The notes under the pieces were generated by a model. That model did not search any database. It was not told the origin of the DNA and worked only from the letters and a program-made list of their open reading frames with translations. A program made the translations under genes and the position numbers. A DNA stretch of 63,624 nucleotides, counting the filler, from Reticulomyxa filosa (Eukaryota; Protista; Foraminifera): assembly GCA_000512085.1 (NCBI GenBank). It is 17 parts of 17 records of this genome, joined end to end, with 100 filler letters (N's around TTAATTAATTAA, not from the genome) between each part and the next. Parts side by side here need not be neighbours in the genome. Positions count along the whole stretch, not along the records: positions 5,250 to 12,398 come from ASPP01014519.1; positions 12,499 to 13,917 come from ASPP01006296.1; positions 14,018 to 16,589 come from ASPP01034979.1; positions 16,690 to 21,583 come from ASPP01013839.1; positions 21,684 to 26,951 come from ASPP01016813.1; 12 more parts are not named here. One strand, given 5' to 3'. Position 1 is the first letter of the stretch; each line of letters begins with the position of its first letter. Below, one piece after another: positions 10,393 through 23,003 of the stretch.

Positions 10393-12245
10393 ATGTCTCT
10401 AGAAGGGAAAATAGTTGTCATAACTGGCAAATTTAAACAATTCACACGAGAGGAATTAAAACAAAAATTTTGAGGAAAAAGGCGCGTTAGTGAGAGTATC
10501 AGTGTCGAAACAAACCGAGCTAGTGGTGTCAGGAGAAGACGGCGGCGCCAGACTAGACAAGGCAAATGGTGAGTGTTTTCCACACACACACAAAAAAAAA
10601 AAAAACAAAGACATATGTTTTTTTTTTTTTTGAATGGCAAAAAAAGATCTTGGAATCGAAGTGTGGAACGAAGATAAAGTGATACAAGAATTGGAAGACA
10701 AAAATGGCAAAGATGAAAAAAAAAAGAGGAATTTGACAGAGGCAAAGAAAACAGATGTTGTGTCTGACGAAAATGAAATTGACCCACACATCATGGTAAA
10801 CAAGTAATAAAGGAAAAGGGAGTAAATAAGCAAAACAAAAAGCAACAACAACTATTTTTGGTTTTTTTTTTTTAAACAAACGATTCACATTTGGAATGAT
10901 AGAAAGTGGTCGAACTGAAAGACAAATTGCGCGAACTGGGTTGTCCTGTTGGTGGTTCAAAGCCGGATTTGATTAGCCGATTGGTTGACGCGATTGGTAC
11001 GAGTTGGTTGTTTAATTTTGTTTGGGCTATTTTTGTTTATTGTTTGGAGTTGAAATTATAAATACATATATGTATTTATAATTTTTTTTCTTTTTTGGAA
11101 ATGTATCTCAGAACGCAACAAGGAAACAAAAATAGAAGAAAAGGAAAAGGAAAAAGAAAAAGAAGGAGAAAAGGAAAAAGAAAAAGAGAAAGAAGAAGAA
11201 AAAGAAAAAGAAAAAGAAAGTGATGTTCCTGATGAAAAACTCAAGTCAGCAAGTAATGAAGGATTGAATAAAATCACCAGAAAGCCTCGCGTAGGTCGCA
11301 GTGCCACTGAATTGGCAACTGATGATGTTCCTCCAAATCCTGGTATGAAAAGCTTTCTTTCTCTTCAAAAGAAGGAATTTTTTTTTTTTTTTTTTTAAAG
11401 GGAATGGAGGAACTTTTCCGGAACAGGAACAATGAACCAGGAACTCGACAGGAACTTTTTTGCATTGTTGTTGGAACAGGAATTAAAGCGCCAAATGTGA
11501 AATCATACGGATGGGGGGATTCGAAGGCACCCAAGTTTCCATCGGAAGACGGCTACGATCTGAAGAGATTCGTGTGTTTGATGTGCAGCAATTTGGGGAG
11601 CAACAATAACAAGTACTATGTGTTGGAGCAGCACGTGAGTAAAGACGGGCCCCAATTTCGACTGTTTACACACTACGGCCGATTGGATGACCTGACGGAT
11701 AACCCCAACGGCGGACGAAAGGAGTGTCGGTATTACGACTCGCAAGATGAATGTGACGCCGGGTTTTTGAAAGTTGAGTCGCTTGTATGTATATGTTTGA
11801 ATTGAAATAAATTGAATTGAATGGAGTTAAACAAGACACGATATGACAAATGTAATGTCAAATACTGTGTCAAATCCTTTTTTCCTATCTATCGAATCTC
11901 TCTTTCATGTCACATGTTTAGATTTACAAAGAGAAAACGGCGGGGTCCAAAGGGTACAAACCCGTGAACTTGGCGTCGTCCAGCGTGGGCAGTCCAAAGG
12001 CGCGAGGAAGGGCAGCTGGTGCCATTGGCGAAACCACAAAAGAAAAGATGAAGGAAAAGAAGGAAGGCAGCGACACAAAGGAAAGCAAAGAAAAAGAAGA
12101 AGAAGAAGAAGAACGAAAAAAGCAGGAGGAACTACAAAAAAAAAAGAAAAGACCATTTCGGTCGGTGTCGAAATACTTATTCAAATCCTTTACGAAGAGG
12201 CCAAACAGCGAATTAAAAACGCAGTGGACGTGCAAATTACGTTTC
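10393..12245 (+). CDS. PARP-family protein, 5' part: BRCT - SAP - charged linker - WGR domain; multi-exon, catalytic domain not in this contig
   Basis: Exon 1 MSLEGKIVVITGKFKQFTREELKQKF(1-nt homopolymer shift)EEKGALVRVSVSKQTELVVSGEDGGARLDKAN/DLGIEVWNE is a ligase-type BRCT. Exon 10903-10996 KVVELKDKLRELGCPVGGSKPDLISRL is a SAP domain. CSNLGSNNNKYYVLEQH...FRLFTHYGR...IYKEKT...KGY is a WGR domain. Confidence 0.8.
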
Positions 12246-12832
12246 GTGCATGCTTGTTTTTTTGATCGTGCGATTTGCATTTTGTAAATTTGTGCACGCT
12301 TACATTTCCTTCTGCAAATGTCACTCCCCCTTTTTTTTAAAAAAAAAAAATATATATATATATATGTGTATGTATATGTATATATATATATATATATANN
12401 NNNNNNNNNNNNNNNNNNNNNNNNNNNNNNNNNNNNNNNNNNTTAATTAATTAANNNNNNNNNNNNNNNNNNNNNNNNNNNNNNNNNNNNNNNNNNNNTC
12501 CTTGTTAAGAGCTTTTTTTTGAAATGATTCAGTTACAATTTTTTTTTTAAAAAAGGCAATATTGTCAAGTAAATTGTATTGAATGAATCCTGCAAATGTA
12601 TTTTTTTAGTGCGTTATATGCTGGGTCAACATTTTCATTTTGTAATTTACTGCTGTTGCTGTCATTAGAAATAAGTATTAACTTCTAAACTAAAGATATT
12701 TAACAAAAAACAGCTTTTTGGAAAACTTGACTTATTTTTTTAATTTGAACTGCCAAAAAAAATGTGTCACAAAAAAACGAGATAAAAATTGTGTTTTAGT
12801 TTTCCCTTTCAATTAATTAAACAAAAAACATA

Positions 12833-13885
12833 ATGCAGGGAGGTGTAGCCATTCAACTATCATGCCCCTCATTTTCATTGATAATAGGTATTGCGTTGTC
12901 GTTGATATCACTTGGGACAATATTATCAATTTTTTTAAACGAGCTGGTGGACCAGCCACAGCACTTTATCTATCACATTCATTCGGATATCCCAATGGCA
13001 ATTGACGTGTCACTGGACACAAGTAGCCATGAATCGAAATCGGACTCGGTATCGTCAACGACGTATCATGCCCCAGCACATAAGCATTCGACAGTATTTT
13101 CGAATTCGATGTCTTTTTCCAAAATTTTGAGCGAGCACATGCAGCCCGATCTTTCAGTTTACATTTAATTTTTGAAGTCAATAACATCGACAACAACAAT
13201 GACATCATCACGAGAACTCTCGATTTTTCGTTGGTTGTCTTTTTGTTTTGTTTTAAAAAAGAGCATGTTTCGGCATTGTTTGTAATTGTGTCAAAAAAAA
13301 AAAAAAAAAAAGAAATTTACTGCCGTTGAGTTCGGATGAGAGAGAGAATGAAGGAACGGATAATTCGGACGTAGCTTGGAGTGCGAATAATACATCAGGA
13401 GCGCGAAATGACTTATCCACAGCGACGACCCTTTCAAATGCTACAGCAACAACAACAACGACACGTAATGAAGAATTGTTCTACAATAAATGGAAGGAAT
13501 GGTACGCTCCACGAAAGTTGGACCATATCTTGTCAACGAAGTTGAAAGATCGTCCAAATGGAGTGATGTCCACGCAGATGATATATCACCCAATATTGGA
13601 GGAGTTTGTGTTGGTAACATTGGAAAATCAATTTATATCCCGTCAAAACTCTAGTTCCAATTCCAATTCCAATTCCAATTCCAATTCCAATTTGAATGAG
13701 ACGAACAGCACTAGCAACAATGGTAGTAGTGACAACGGTCGCAAGCGTCGTGATGCGCGCTTGCGCACGCAGTTTTGCATTTCGTTGTATCATCGCAACG
13801 CGCAGCCATTTTTTGGGAAAGCGAGAGCGTCACAACTCAAATTGCAGATGCATCAGAAGGATTGGAAATAGATGGGTCTATTAAC

Positions 13886-13917
<32 letters not shown>
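12833..13917 (+). CDS. Hypothetical protein with an N-terminal transmembrane anchor (type II membrane protein-like), 3' truncated
   Basis: Hydrophobic LIIGIALSLISLGTILSIFL followed by a Ser/Thr/Asn-rich stem. Second exon begins near 13313 after a poly-A-AG acceptor. Contains an SN hexamer repeat. Confidence 0.5.
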
Positions 13918-14057
13918 NNNNNNNNNNNNNNNNNNNNNNNNNNNNNNNNNNNNNNNNNNNNTTAATTAATTAANNNNNNNNNNNNNNNNNNNNNNNNNNN
14001 NNNNNNNNNNNNNNNNNTAAATCTTTATAATAAAAAATAAACCTATTTTTCAATCTA

Positions 14058-16589
14058 TGAACTGACAATGAAGCATGCTCTATTGTACCCCGGAACCTCA
14101 TCAACGACTTGGAACATTCGCCATTAATTTTACAAAATGAGATGGTGAAAGACAAAACTTTGAATCGAAAAATAAACAACGTGGACGAGGCTTTGCCTGA
14201 GAACAAACTATTAGAATTAGACTGACTGGAAGAAGACAAGGAAAATGTCACGCCTAAGGGTCTTACTTTGACCTGGGAAGCAAATAGTGTGAAGATAAAT
14301 GATATACGTTCATCTCCAACAAGTTGTAGGCAAGATCTAGAAAATCAATTAGTTGTAAGATTATTAGACTTGGAAAAATCAGTCGCAAGTCAGGCAATGG
14401 AGAAGCCAGTCGAAACAAAGGTAGTCGTGGCAAGTCATGTCTATGCAGACAAAGAGAACAGCGACAATAGTACCATAGAAAACGCACAACTAGTAAGGAC
14501 AATCGATAGACTCAACCACACCCTTAAACAAAGGAAAAAAAGTGATGCAGAAGCGAAAATCGAAAAATTGGCCCAAAAAGGCAAAGACTTCAATATCCTC
14601 GAAAAATTAGTAAAGAAAACAGATCCAGATCAAAAGTTGGCGAAAAAGTCTCAAAGTTCCGGGAGAACCCCAGACAAAAAAGTTTTCTCAACTGAACAAA
14701 TCTTAATTGCAAGACCCCACGTAGTGGTGAGTTACAGATGGCCCCCTTCCAAGATATTAGCGCCGCCATCATCAATAACGAAATCCAATGTCGAGGCGGA
14801 TTTAGTATGTCGACAAGGTACCACCACAACACCAACACCAACTTCCCAAAAGTGAAAGTGAAGTCGAACCACGTGTACAAAGCCTCCAATAGCCAAACAA
14901 ACACCGGTAAATCAGAAACCAAGGGTAACCCCAAATGGATTTTCCCAAATGAGAAAAATCAACAAGTAATTGCTACCCCACCACCTCCTCCTCCTCAGCA
15001 TGAAATTAAACGGACATCCCTTATGGACAATCTGGAAGGAAATGCCCATCGGCAATCATGGTCTCCAATTCAAGCTATGCAATCTCAACCATTATCACCT
15101 TATTCAAATGGTCAACGTGTCACCAAGCCGGCTGATACTGTTGAAGCAGGCGATTATTCCTCTGCTCACTCACCCCTTTTGCAAATTCCACCACGAGGAG
15201 GCCAAATTCAGGCCTCTCCATGTGACAAATCATTTTTGATCGGTCAATCGTTCACGGCTGCCCCATCGGATTCTTTTATCGAATGGGAAACATCGACTAA
15301 GGGGCAAATGGAATCAGAACATCAAAATATTGGTGCAATGGAGAACAAATTGAAGTTGGAAATGGAAAGCGAGCATGTAACCAAGTGTGGTGGTAGACAG
15401 ACTGCAAGGCAAATGACACAATTTGATCCGCCGTCCGACATTCCCAAACAAATGCATTGTTCCTCATCAGCCGTATTCCCGCAACAGATCGCAGATGGAT
15501 CAAATCATCCATCATCGCCGCCGCCAACAACGCAAGTCACAACCAAACAGTCACAACTGTTACAACTGGCCGAACAACAAGTCCGACTCATGAACAGTAA
15601 AGAAAGCGTCCGAGATTATAGAAGGTCCGCATGCCAGACCAGGGCAAAATCATATACATAGTAGTAATACATACGTATTGGAAACGCCAAAAACACCAAA
15701 TGGCGAATCAAACACGCGACTGCCGGAAAATGTTATACGTAGTAATACATCCATAATCGAAGTTCCAAAATCATCAATCGGTGAATTAAATATGCGACCA
15801 TCCGGAAACAGTATACGTAGTAACTCATACATTTTAAAACCACCAACAACATTAAGCGGCGAATTGAATAAGCGACCATCCGAAAATGATATACGTAGTA
15901 ACACATATATATCCAAAGTACCAAAATCATCAAGTAGTGAATCAAATACGAGACCAAGTGAAAACAGTATTCGTAGTAACGCATACACAGTCGATGCAGC
16001 AAAAGCAGCAAACGACGAATCAGTCACGCGAACAACCGGAGGAGGCATCCGTAGCAGTTCACACGCAACCAAATTGGCAGACAAAAGCAACGAATACAAG
16101 ATTGTAGTGACAAGGACTTGCTCAAAAATGGGGCGAATATTGTGCCTTCTTTGAAACAAGCGCCAAAGACGAAGTTAACAATGAAGAAGCATTTTTTGAG
16201 GTGGTGCGAAAAATCCGATTGATCGAAGGAGTAAATGGAGGAATAAAACAAAAACGAAAACAAGTCAAAACATCGCAATCAGAAGAACAGGTCAAGAAGG
16301 AGACTGCGGGCAACACAGATGGTGCAACTGCGCCTCCCTCATCAACCCCAATTGTATGGAACTTCCAAGTTTTGGGTGAAGAAATTGGCAAGAGAACACC
16401 CACGGTCATCCAACCCATTGACACTTCGTCTTGCGGGAGGCCCCAGCAGCAGCAACAATATCAATTCGAAAAAAGTGAAATCGACGAGGCAAAATCCAAT
16501 CGTAGTGATACCAATGCTAACCATTCAATCCAATTGGCCGTACCTGTAGAGAACCGCAGCAATGTCACAGATGGGTTGATCGTTACAAG
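14058..16589 (+). CDS. Large low-complexity hypothetical protein or pseudogene with KEN motifs and 26-aa repeats; interrupted by an in-frame TGA and frameshifts
   Basis: Consecutive long + ORFs 14268-14855, 14738-15661, 15678-16154 and 16201-16589 with GC-richer coding-like composition. In-frame TGA at 14223-14225. Confidence 0.5.
15640..15990 (+). repeat. About 4.5 tandem 78-bp (26-aa) repeats
   Basis: atacgtagta anchors at 15735, 15813, 15891 and about 15969. Unit resembles GE(L/S)NxRPSENxIRSNTYIxxxPKSSx. Confidence 0.9.
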
Positions 16590-16785
16590 NNNNNNNNNNN
16601 NNNNNNNNNNNNNNNNNNNNNNNNNNNNNNNNNTTAATTAATTAANNNNNNNNNNNNNNNNNNNNNNNNNNNNNNNNNNNNNNNNNNNNTGTCAATGAAA
16701 ATGTGTTTTCTTTCGTTTTTTTTTTTTTTTTTTCTTCAAAAAAAAAAAAAAATGTTATTGGATGGAATGAAATGAACTGCAATAG

Positions 16786-18423
16786 GTTTGTCAAATTCCA
16801 CAGTGAAGAAGAATGCTTGAAAACGGTCAAATATCTACAACAGCACGGAAACTTCCGCGATAAACCATTACATGTGCGTGTTAAGTCGTCGAATGTATTC
16901 AAAACTTTGCCAGGAGACATTGGAGCGCCACCTGCCCCACTGTTGAACCAGATACCAACCGAAGAGCCCAACCTTGGAGATATGGTAATGCCAATGGACA
17001 ACGTGATGGGTCAGGATATCGATTCCTATGATGTTAATCGTTTTTATGATCCGACTACTACCTATGATCCGTACTATTTGGAACAAGGTGCTTTTTTTTT
17101 TTTTTTTTTTTTCCCCCTTCTTCCCCTTCCTCTCTTCCCTTAAATTTAGGCAGCCCTTTTTTTTTTTTTTTTTTTATTGTTGTCATTAATTGCGGTTTTT
17201 CGTGACTGGATGACGTTTAATCTGTTTGTCTGTTGTGCGTCTCTAAAAAAAAAAAATAAAAATAAAAAAAATAAAATGGCGATGTACATTGCAGATCCGA
17301 CAGGCCAAATGTTTGGTGCCGGAATGATAGATTACGATACACTCCCGCAGCGGGGTGGTATTGAAAGCGCAAGGGCTCAAGGCAAAGTGCACCAAGACAA
17401 AAGAGCAAGGGAAAATATCCATTCAAACTTCATAGGTGGTAAAGTAGTCGATGAAAGGGTCAGTGATTTGATGCCTAGAAGTGACGAAGGAGGAACTCGT
17501 GAGAATAACTTGAGTAGTGGTGCAACACGAAAACCTTCAACTTACGACCAGCAGCAAACAAGTGATTATCCCAGCTCATTTCAGTTTTATGAGAAAGAGG
17601 TCTTTCTCAAAGTATTTCAGCAAATGAATCGTGAAAAAGATCTCGGAATTCCAAGTTCTATGGCCGGCAGAGACCAAAGAGTAATTAGTGAAAGCATTTT
17701 GGAACCAATCTCATTGAACCCCGTGTATGTGTGTATTGGATTGATTTCTGTTGCATTGAATTGTTTGTTTTGTTTTGTTTTTGCTATCGATTGCAATAAT
17801 CAGCAAATTTTGCATATTGGAACATGAACAAACTGCACAGAGAGGACGATCTGCAAGAAGTATCTGGCGTGAAAGATATTTCGTTGCAGGATGGGAAAGG
17901 AGACTTTTCTTCACAAGACGACGCTTTACGTGGCTCTTATTCTTCTCAAACGAGGGGATCAACACGGGGAAGGGGCAAGAACCGAGGAAGGGGTCGCGGC
18001 TCGAAACAAGGAAGACCAAATCCCGGTAGGGGAAGAATACCAAACAATCGCTCTTATCCGATGAGTGGTCAAAACAAGGAACACTATTCACAGTTTGGAG
18101 GCCGAAGAGATAGAAATTGGAATAAAAACAGTGGATACACAAGACAGTCACACGACAACGACGCTCATGTTGGCCATGAATCTAGCAACACCAATCAAGC
18201 AAAGCGCTCAAGATCCAAACCAAATGCTGCATCAGCCACTGTGTCAAAAGCTGCACAGTGGGTTGTGGCGGGTAGTCAAAAGAGCAAGGATGAACCAGAG
18301 GAAAGGAGACAAAATAGAAATAAAGAAAATCGACAAAATCAAAACTCGAGAGGCGTCAAATATGTTCCCAAGGGCACAGGAAGTGAGCAAATCTATCGAC
18401 CAAAAGCTCAACCTGTATCGTAG
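16786..18423 (+). CDS. La-related (LARP4-like) RNA-binding protein, 3' part: end of RRM plus RG/RGG-rich tail
   Basis: FVKFHSEEECLKTVKYLQQHGNFRDKPLHVRVKS resembles the LARP4 RRM end (WxITF.S..DA..A.KYL....F.GKPI.ARIK). Downstream exons contain RGRGKNRGRGRG. The La motif would lie before the contig start. Confidence 0.6.
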
Positions 18424-19846
18424 ACGATTTAGCAGCAAAAACCGCGTGCACGATATTCTTTTTTTTTCTTCAAGTCAAGTTTTGTTTGATAGGCTTTCGT
18501 TTGTTGTTCAACGTTTGCGTTTTCCCAACGCGTAAATTCAGAGGGAATTCATATGAAATTCTATTGTTAAAAGTGCGCGCTGGCTAAAAACAGAGATGAA
18601 ATTGATAGTTTGCATTATGTAACTTGGTGTGGTCCATCTTCATCCAAGTGTTGTAATGTCCAACACACTTCCCGTTTTTTTTTATTTATTTATTTTACTT
18701 TTATGTTTTTTTTTGTTTTTTGTTTTGTTTAACAAACACCGTTTCTTGCTTTTTGTCAAACTGATGCGCACTAAACACAATCTTTCAATCTTATTTTTTA
18801 TAATTCATAAGTGTGATGGGCATCAGCACGTCATGATCGCCTTGTGTCATGCTTTGAAGTTGGCATTTGTTGTTGAATTTCACAAAAACCTTGTTTTGTT
18901 GTGTTTTGACACAATGTTGAATGACAGCATTTAAATTTTGATATCTTGACCCCGAACAAGTGGAAATTGTTTTTTTTATTAAAGAGACTACCCTTTTATT
19001 TAGTGAATTAGGTTATCTAATGAAAAGGTTACTTTTCCATAATTTTTTTAAAAAGAAACTATCATTTGCAAAATATGATGCAAAATCAACACTACATACA
19101 AACTGGAGGGCAATTGTTGTACCGAAGCGTTCAATAGAATAAAAAATGTCATTTATAAATATGTCGATTGATTTTCAAACAAACTTCTAATTGATAAAAG
19201 GTAGATAAATAAACATAAATCATTTGTAATTAATATTGTGTGAAAAATATATATTTATTTTTCACATAATTATCATTATGTTAAAAAAATATATTACATA
19301 AGGAAAACTTCGATATATAACATATAATAAAAAACATTAAAATACAGTAACTCAATAGGTAGAGTTCATTTGGTAATTGTAGTATACTACACATTATAAC
19401 ATTATATGTGCAATATGTTATAGATTGAAATACTATAGCTTAGTACTGTTTAAAGTTATGATGTCATCTAGAAGTCCGAAGCTAGATATGTAGTAATATA
19501 TTGGTTCGAGTACAATCTGTATCGTTTATATATATTTTTTTTATGTGAAATAAATGAACAAATTTATTGCAAAAGAAAAGCTAGCTGAAGTAATAGTAGT
19601 TAAATTAAACGATATTAATTTTTATTTTTACTTTAAATCTTTCAAAACAACAAAAAGGTTATTTATTACTATAATCAAAAACTGTAAAATTATCAATTCA
19701 ATGTATTTTTTCAAATTTTAAGAGATATATTATTGATCAAATTATTAGCAAAAATGGAGGCATTTGTAAAACTAAAGATCAGATAGATAAAACCTATGAT
19801 ACATAAGCAAAATAAAAAAAATAAATAAAGTAAGAAAGGACTGTCA

Positions 19847-21563
19847 TTATGGCTCAGATTTTATGAATTCAGCATCGCCATATACAAATCCACGAAGCTA
19901 TTCAACAACAATTATCAAGTTGTTTTTGTTTTTATTGCAACTAATCTACAAAGAAGTAATAAAAATTTACCTCTCCTACAAATCTGCCATACAACAATAT
20001 GGGTACTTCAAAGCTCTTAGGGGCATTGGCATCTCGTTTAACTCTGCTCATATCCAAAGGCTTGAGCTGTTTGTGATGTATCTGACGATCACTAGTATTA
20101 ATATTGCCCTTGTGTTTGTTGCTATCGATCAGTTGCTGTTCTTCAATCCTTTGTTGGATGATCTTTTCTTTTCTTTTTTCTTCTTGTGAATTATTATGTA
20201 GCGATTTCTCATCTTTTTGAGACTCATTAACAGCATCCTCTTTTCCATGTAATATTCCTAACAATGAAGCTTTTTTTTGATGATGAGGCATCTTGTCAGA
20301 GTGTGAATCTCGTTTTTCCGAACATTTTTCTTTTATTTCATCAACACGAGCTAACAGTTTCACCGGAAAAGCATGAAGCAATGAAATCGTTGCATAGCCA
20401 ATGATCTGATTCGATTTGGAAGCGTTGATAAATTCAACAAATACATGCGTATGCGACAAATATTCTGGATCTGATATGTACGGTTGTAAGATACATTGCG
20501 TTTCTAATTCAATCCCCGGCCACGAAAATGCGTTATAATGCGATTCAAAAATACCACCAACAATGCGTTGCTGAAGCCAAAAAAAAAAAAAAAAAACATA
20601 CATATCAGTATCATAATATACGTATGTATCATTTTCTACGAATATATATCAGCCCATGGGAAAAACACATAAAAAAAAAACTTTATGTTCAATTTTGTCA
20701 TACAGTACAAAACAGGTTTTTCAATGTAATAATGATGAAATGTTGCATGCAACTCATCTTGAACACTAAGTTCAGAGACACCAATAAAGTTTGCCTTCAA
20801 AGCCACGAGGTCAATTCGAGCATTTTGGACGGCTAGCTTATTGGATGCCGGCGCAAACTGTTCGCCCATGATTTGGAAATGTTCGGGATTAGTAAAATAA
20901 GGAAGATTCGGGACAAACGTGAATACACTGTAAATAGGTCGATGGTCACTTCCAAATGCATCTGCCGCACTTTGGTAATTCAGCTGTTTCAAATCGAAAG
21001 TACCATCTAACGACGTATACAGTATTCGATCGCAATAGCTTGGCGCTTGATCGCGCTTATTGTTGATAGAATTTTTATTTCGTTCCCATCGATAAGTCGG
21101 CGTAAAATTGATTGCCCCTATCATTTTATTTTTTTGTTGTTAGTTGAGTGCAGTGATTTGCTCATTCCAAAGTAATTCAAAATACAGTGTGACAAACAGC
21201 AAAAACGTACCTTCTTTAAATCCATAAAACACTTGCTTTTTTTGCATTTGAAAGGCCAATTGATCGTATTCGACAATATCAGTCCACTTTTCTTTTTTAA
21301 TCCACTCGCAAACTTTGTCAAACTCTCTTTCGACGCGATAGTTCATATCGCCAAAGAAGATAACATGATGGAATTGATGCAAGACATCCAAGTCCGATCT
21401 CCCGACAGACAGCATTTTCACAATACGAAACACATCTCTCGCTCGCTTTTCATATCTTTCTGCACGAGCCGCTAAATGGCAGCAAATAAAGCAAAAGCTC
21501 GTTTCCAGAAATTGGAATGATATCGTTGCTGCCCCTTTATTTCCAATCATGTTGGCTTTTCCT
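19847..21563 (-). CDS. SHIP-like inositol polyphosphate 5-phosphatase, 3' part (catalytic domain + C2 domain); multi-exon
   Basis: GNKGA, FCFICCHLAA, FFGDMNYR, F.PTYR, PSYCDRILY and SDHRPI are the 5-phosphatase motifs. LQPYISDPEYLSHTH...IIGYATISL and FEVPILLYGRFVGE/LRG resemble the SHIP C2 domain. Confidence 0.9.
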
Positions 21564-21699
21564 TAAGAAAAAAAAAAAAAAAANNNNNNNNNNNNNNNNN
21601 NNNNNNNNNNNNNNNNNNNNNNNNNNNTTAATTAATTAANNNNNNNNNNNNNNNNNNNNNNNNNNNNNNNNNNNNNNNNNNNNCCTCTGGACTGTATTC

Positions 21700-23003
21700 C
21701 ATACACACACACACATGCACAAGTACAGCAAACCAGAAGACCGGTTTCATCAAAGGTTGCTGACACTAAGAGTTATCGCAGCAAAGAATTATATACATAT
21801 ATATATATTATTTTTTTTTTTTATTGCGTTTGAAAAAAAAAAAAAAAGAGATAAAATAAAGCTGCTTTTCGCTACGTACCCTTGTGCTTTCATGTCTGCC
21901 AAAGCATCCTTTAATTTCTGAAAGTACTCCTTACATTTGCCGCTGCTCAAATTTTCTAAAGTATTTTCAAATCTTAGACGGTAGTGCTCTCGATGGCTTT
22001 CTTGAATCTTGGACAAACGAATACCAATATCTTTCAAAGTGTTTTGTACGTTCAACTCCAATTTTTCTGTTTGTGACTCTTCTTCTGATATAATCACATT
22101 GATGCTGCTCGTTTCTTTTTCTTCACTCGCGATAGCATTTTCAAAATTCATTGTCACATCGATCTTGGTTTCTGCTTCCATTTCTTTTGTCTCTTTTTCT
22201 TCTTTGTTGTCTTCACTTTTCTCTTTCAACTCTTGCACTGCAGTTCGAAACGAACGAGCAAAACCGAGTCTTATCAAACACTTTTGCACAAATCTTCTAA
22301 TTCGGAATCGCTTTTGGCACGAGTTCGTGTTTACTTTTTATGCCATGTTTCATTAGCACTTGACTAAATTTTCCAAAGCCATTGTTTTGACACCATTGCT
22401 ATATTACATAGGGACACAAAAAAAAAAAAAAAAACATAATTGTTTCTGAAATTTGTTTGAAGAAAGTCAAAATAGTTACAATAATCGTATTAACCTCAAA
22501 TTCGATTTTCTGTTGTTCTAAAACCACAGTTTTAAATTTGCACAAATTTTCTGATCCCATCCCGACTGCTTTACCAATGTTATCCAATTCGTCTTCTGTT
22601 TTATTCAAAAATATTTTTGAGTTGATATAACCCGCTTTGATTAGTGCATCTTTGAACTGAACGATATCACAATCTTCACAGAATTTCTTTTACATTGACA
22701 TATCCAGAAGACCACGTATAACAAAAAAATTGAATCACAAAAACGACGTACATTAAAAGGATAAAGTAAAATATACAAACACTAAACCTGCGTATCATCC
22801 ACAGCTACATTAGCTGCGAAAACAACCGCTTTGAATATTTCTTTTTTTTCATTGGATAGAAGCAGCATTTCGCAAATTTCATCAAAATCCGCTTTTAAAC
22901 CTTCTTTGTCTTTAATCCCTCCTTCTTCAATAATTGCTTCGGTATATTCTTCAAAGCCATTTTGTTTCAACCAGCCTGCAAAACCACTTTCTGCTGCCAT
23001 CAT
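21700..23003 (-). CDS. Protein with two to three SAM-like domains, 5' part; possibly the N-terminus of the 5-phosphatase
   Basis: FAGWLKQNGFEEYTEAIIEEGGI (SAM), a second unit FKDALIKAGY...NKTEDELDNIGKAVGM...KFK, and a third degenerate unit ending CLIRLGFARSFRTAVQEL. GT-AG introns present. Confidence 0.6.

Noticed and set aside
10459-10475. Apparent in-frame TGA in the BRCT exon (possible recoding or selenocysteine)
   Set aside because: The conserved BRCT continues in another frame right after an A/T homopolymer, which fits a 1-nt indel error. Intact genes here end in TAA, TAG or TGA, so there is no evidence for an alternative code.
6423-12245. FABP + thaumatin + PARP as a functional defence cluster
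   Set aside because: Only adjacency supports it. The orientations and functions differ and no shared regulatory element was seen.
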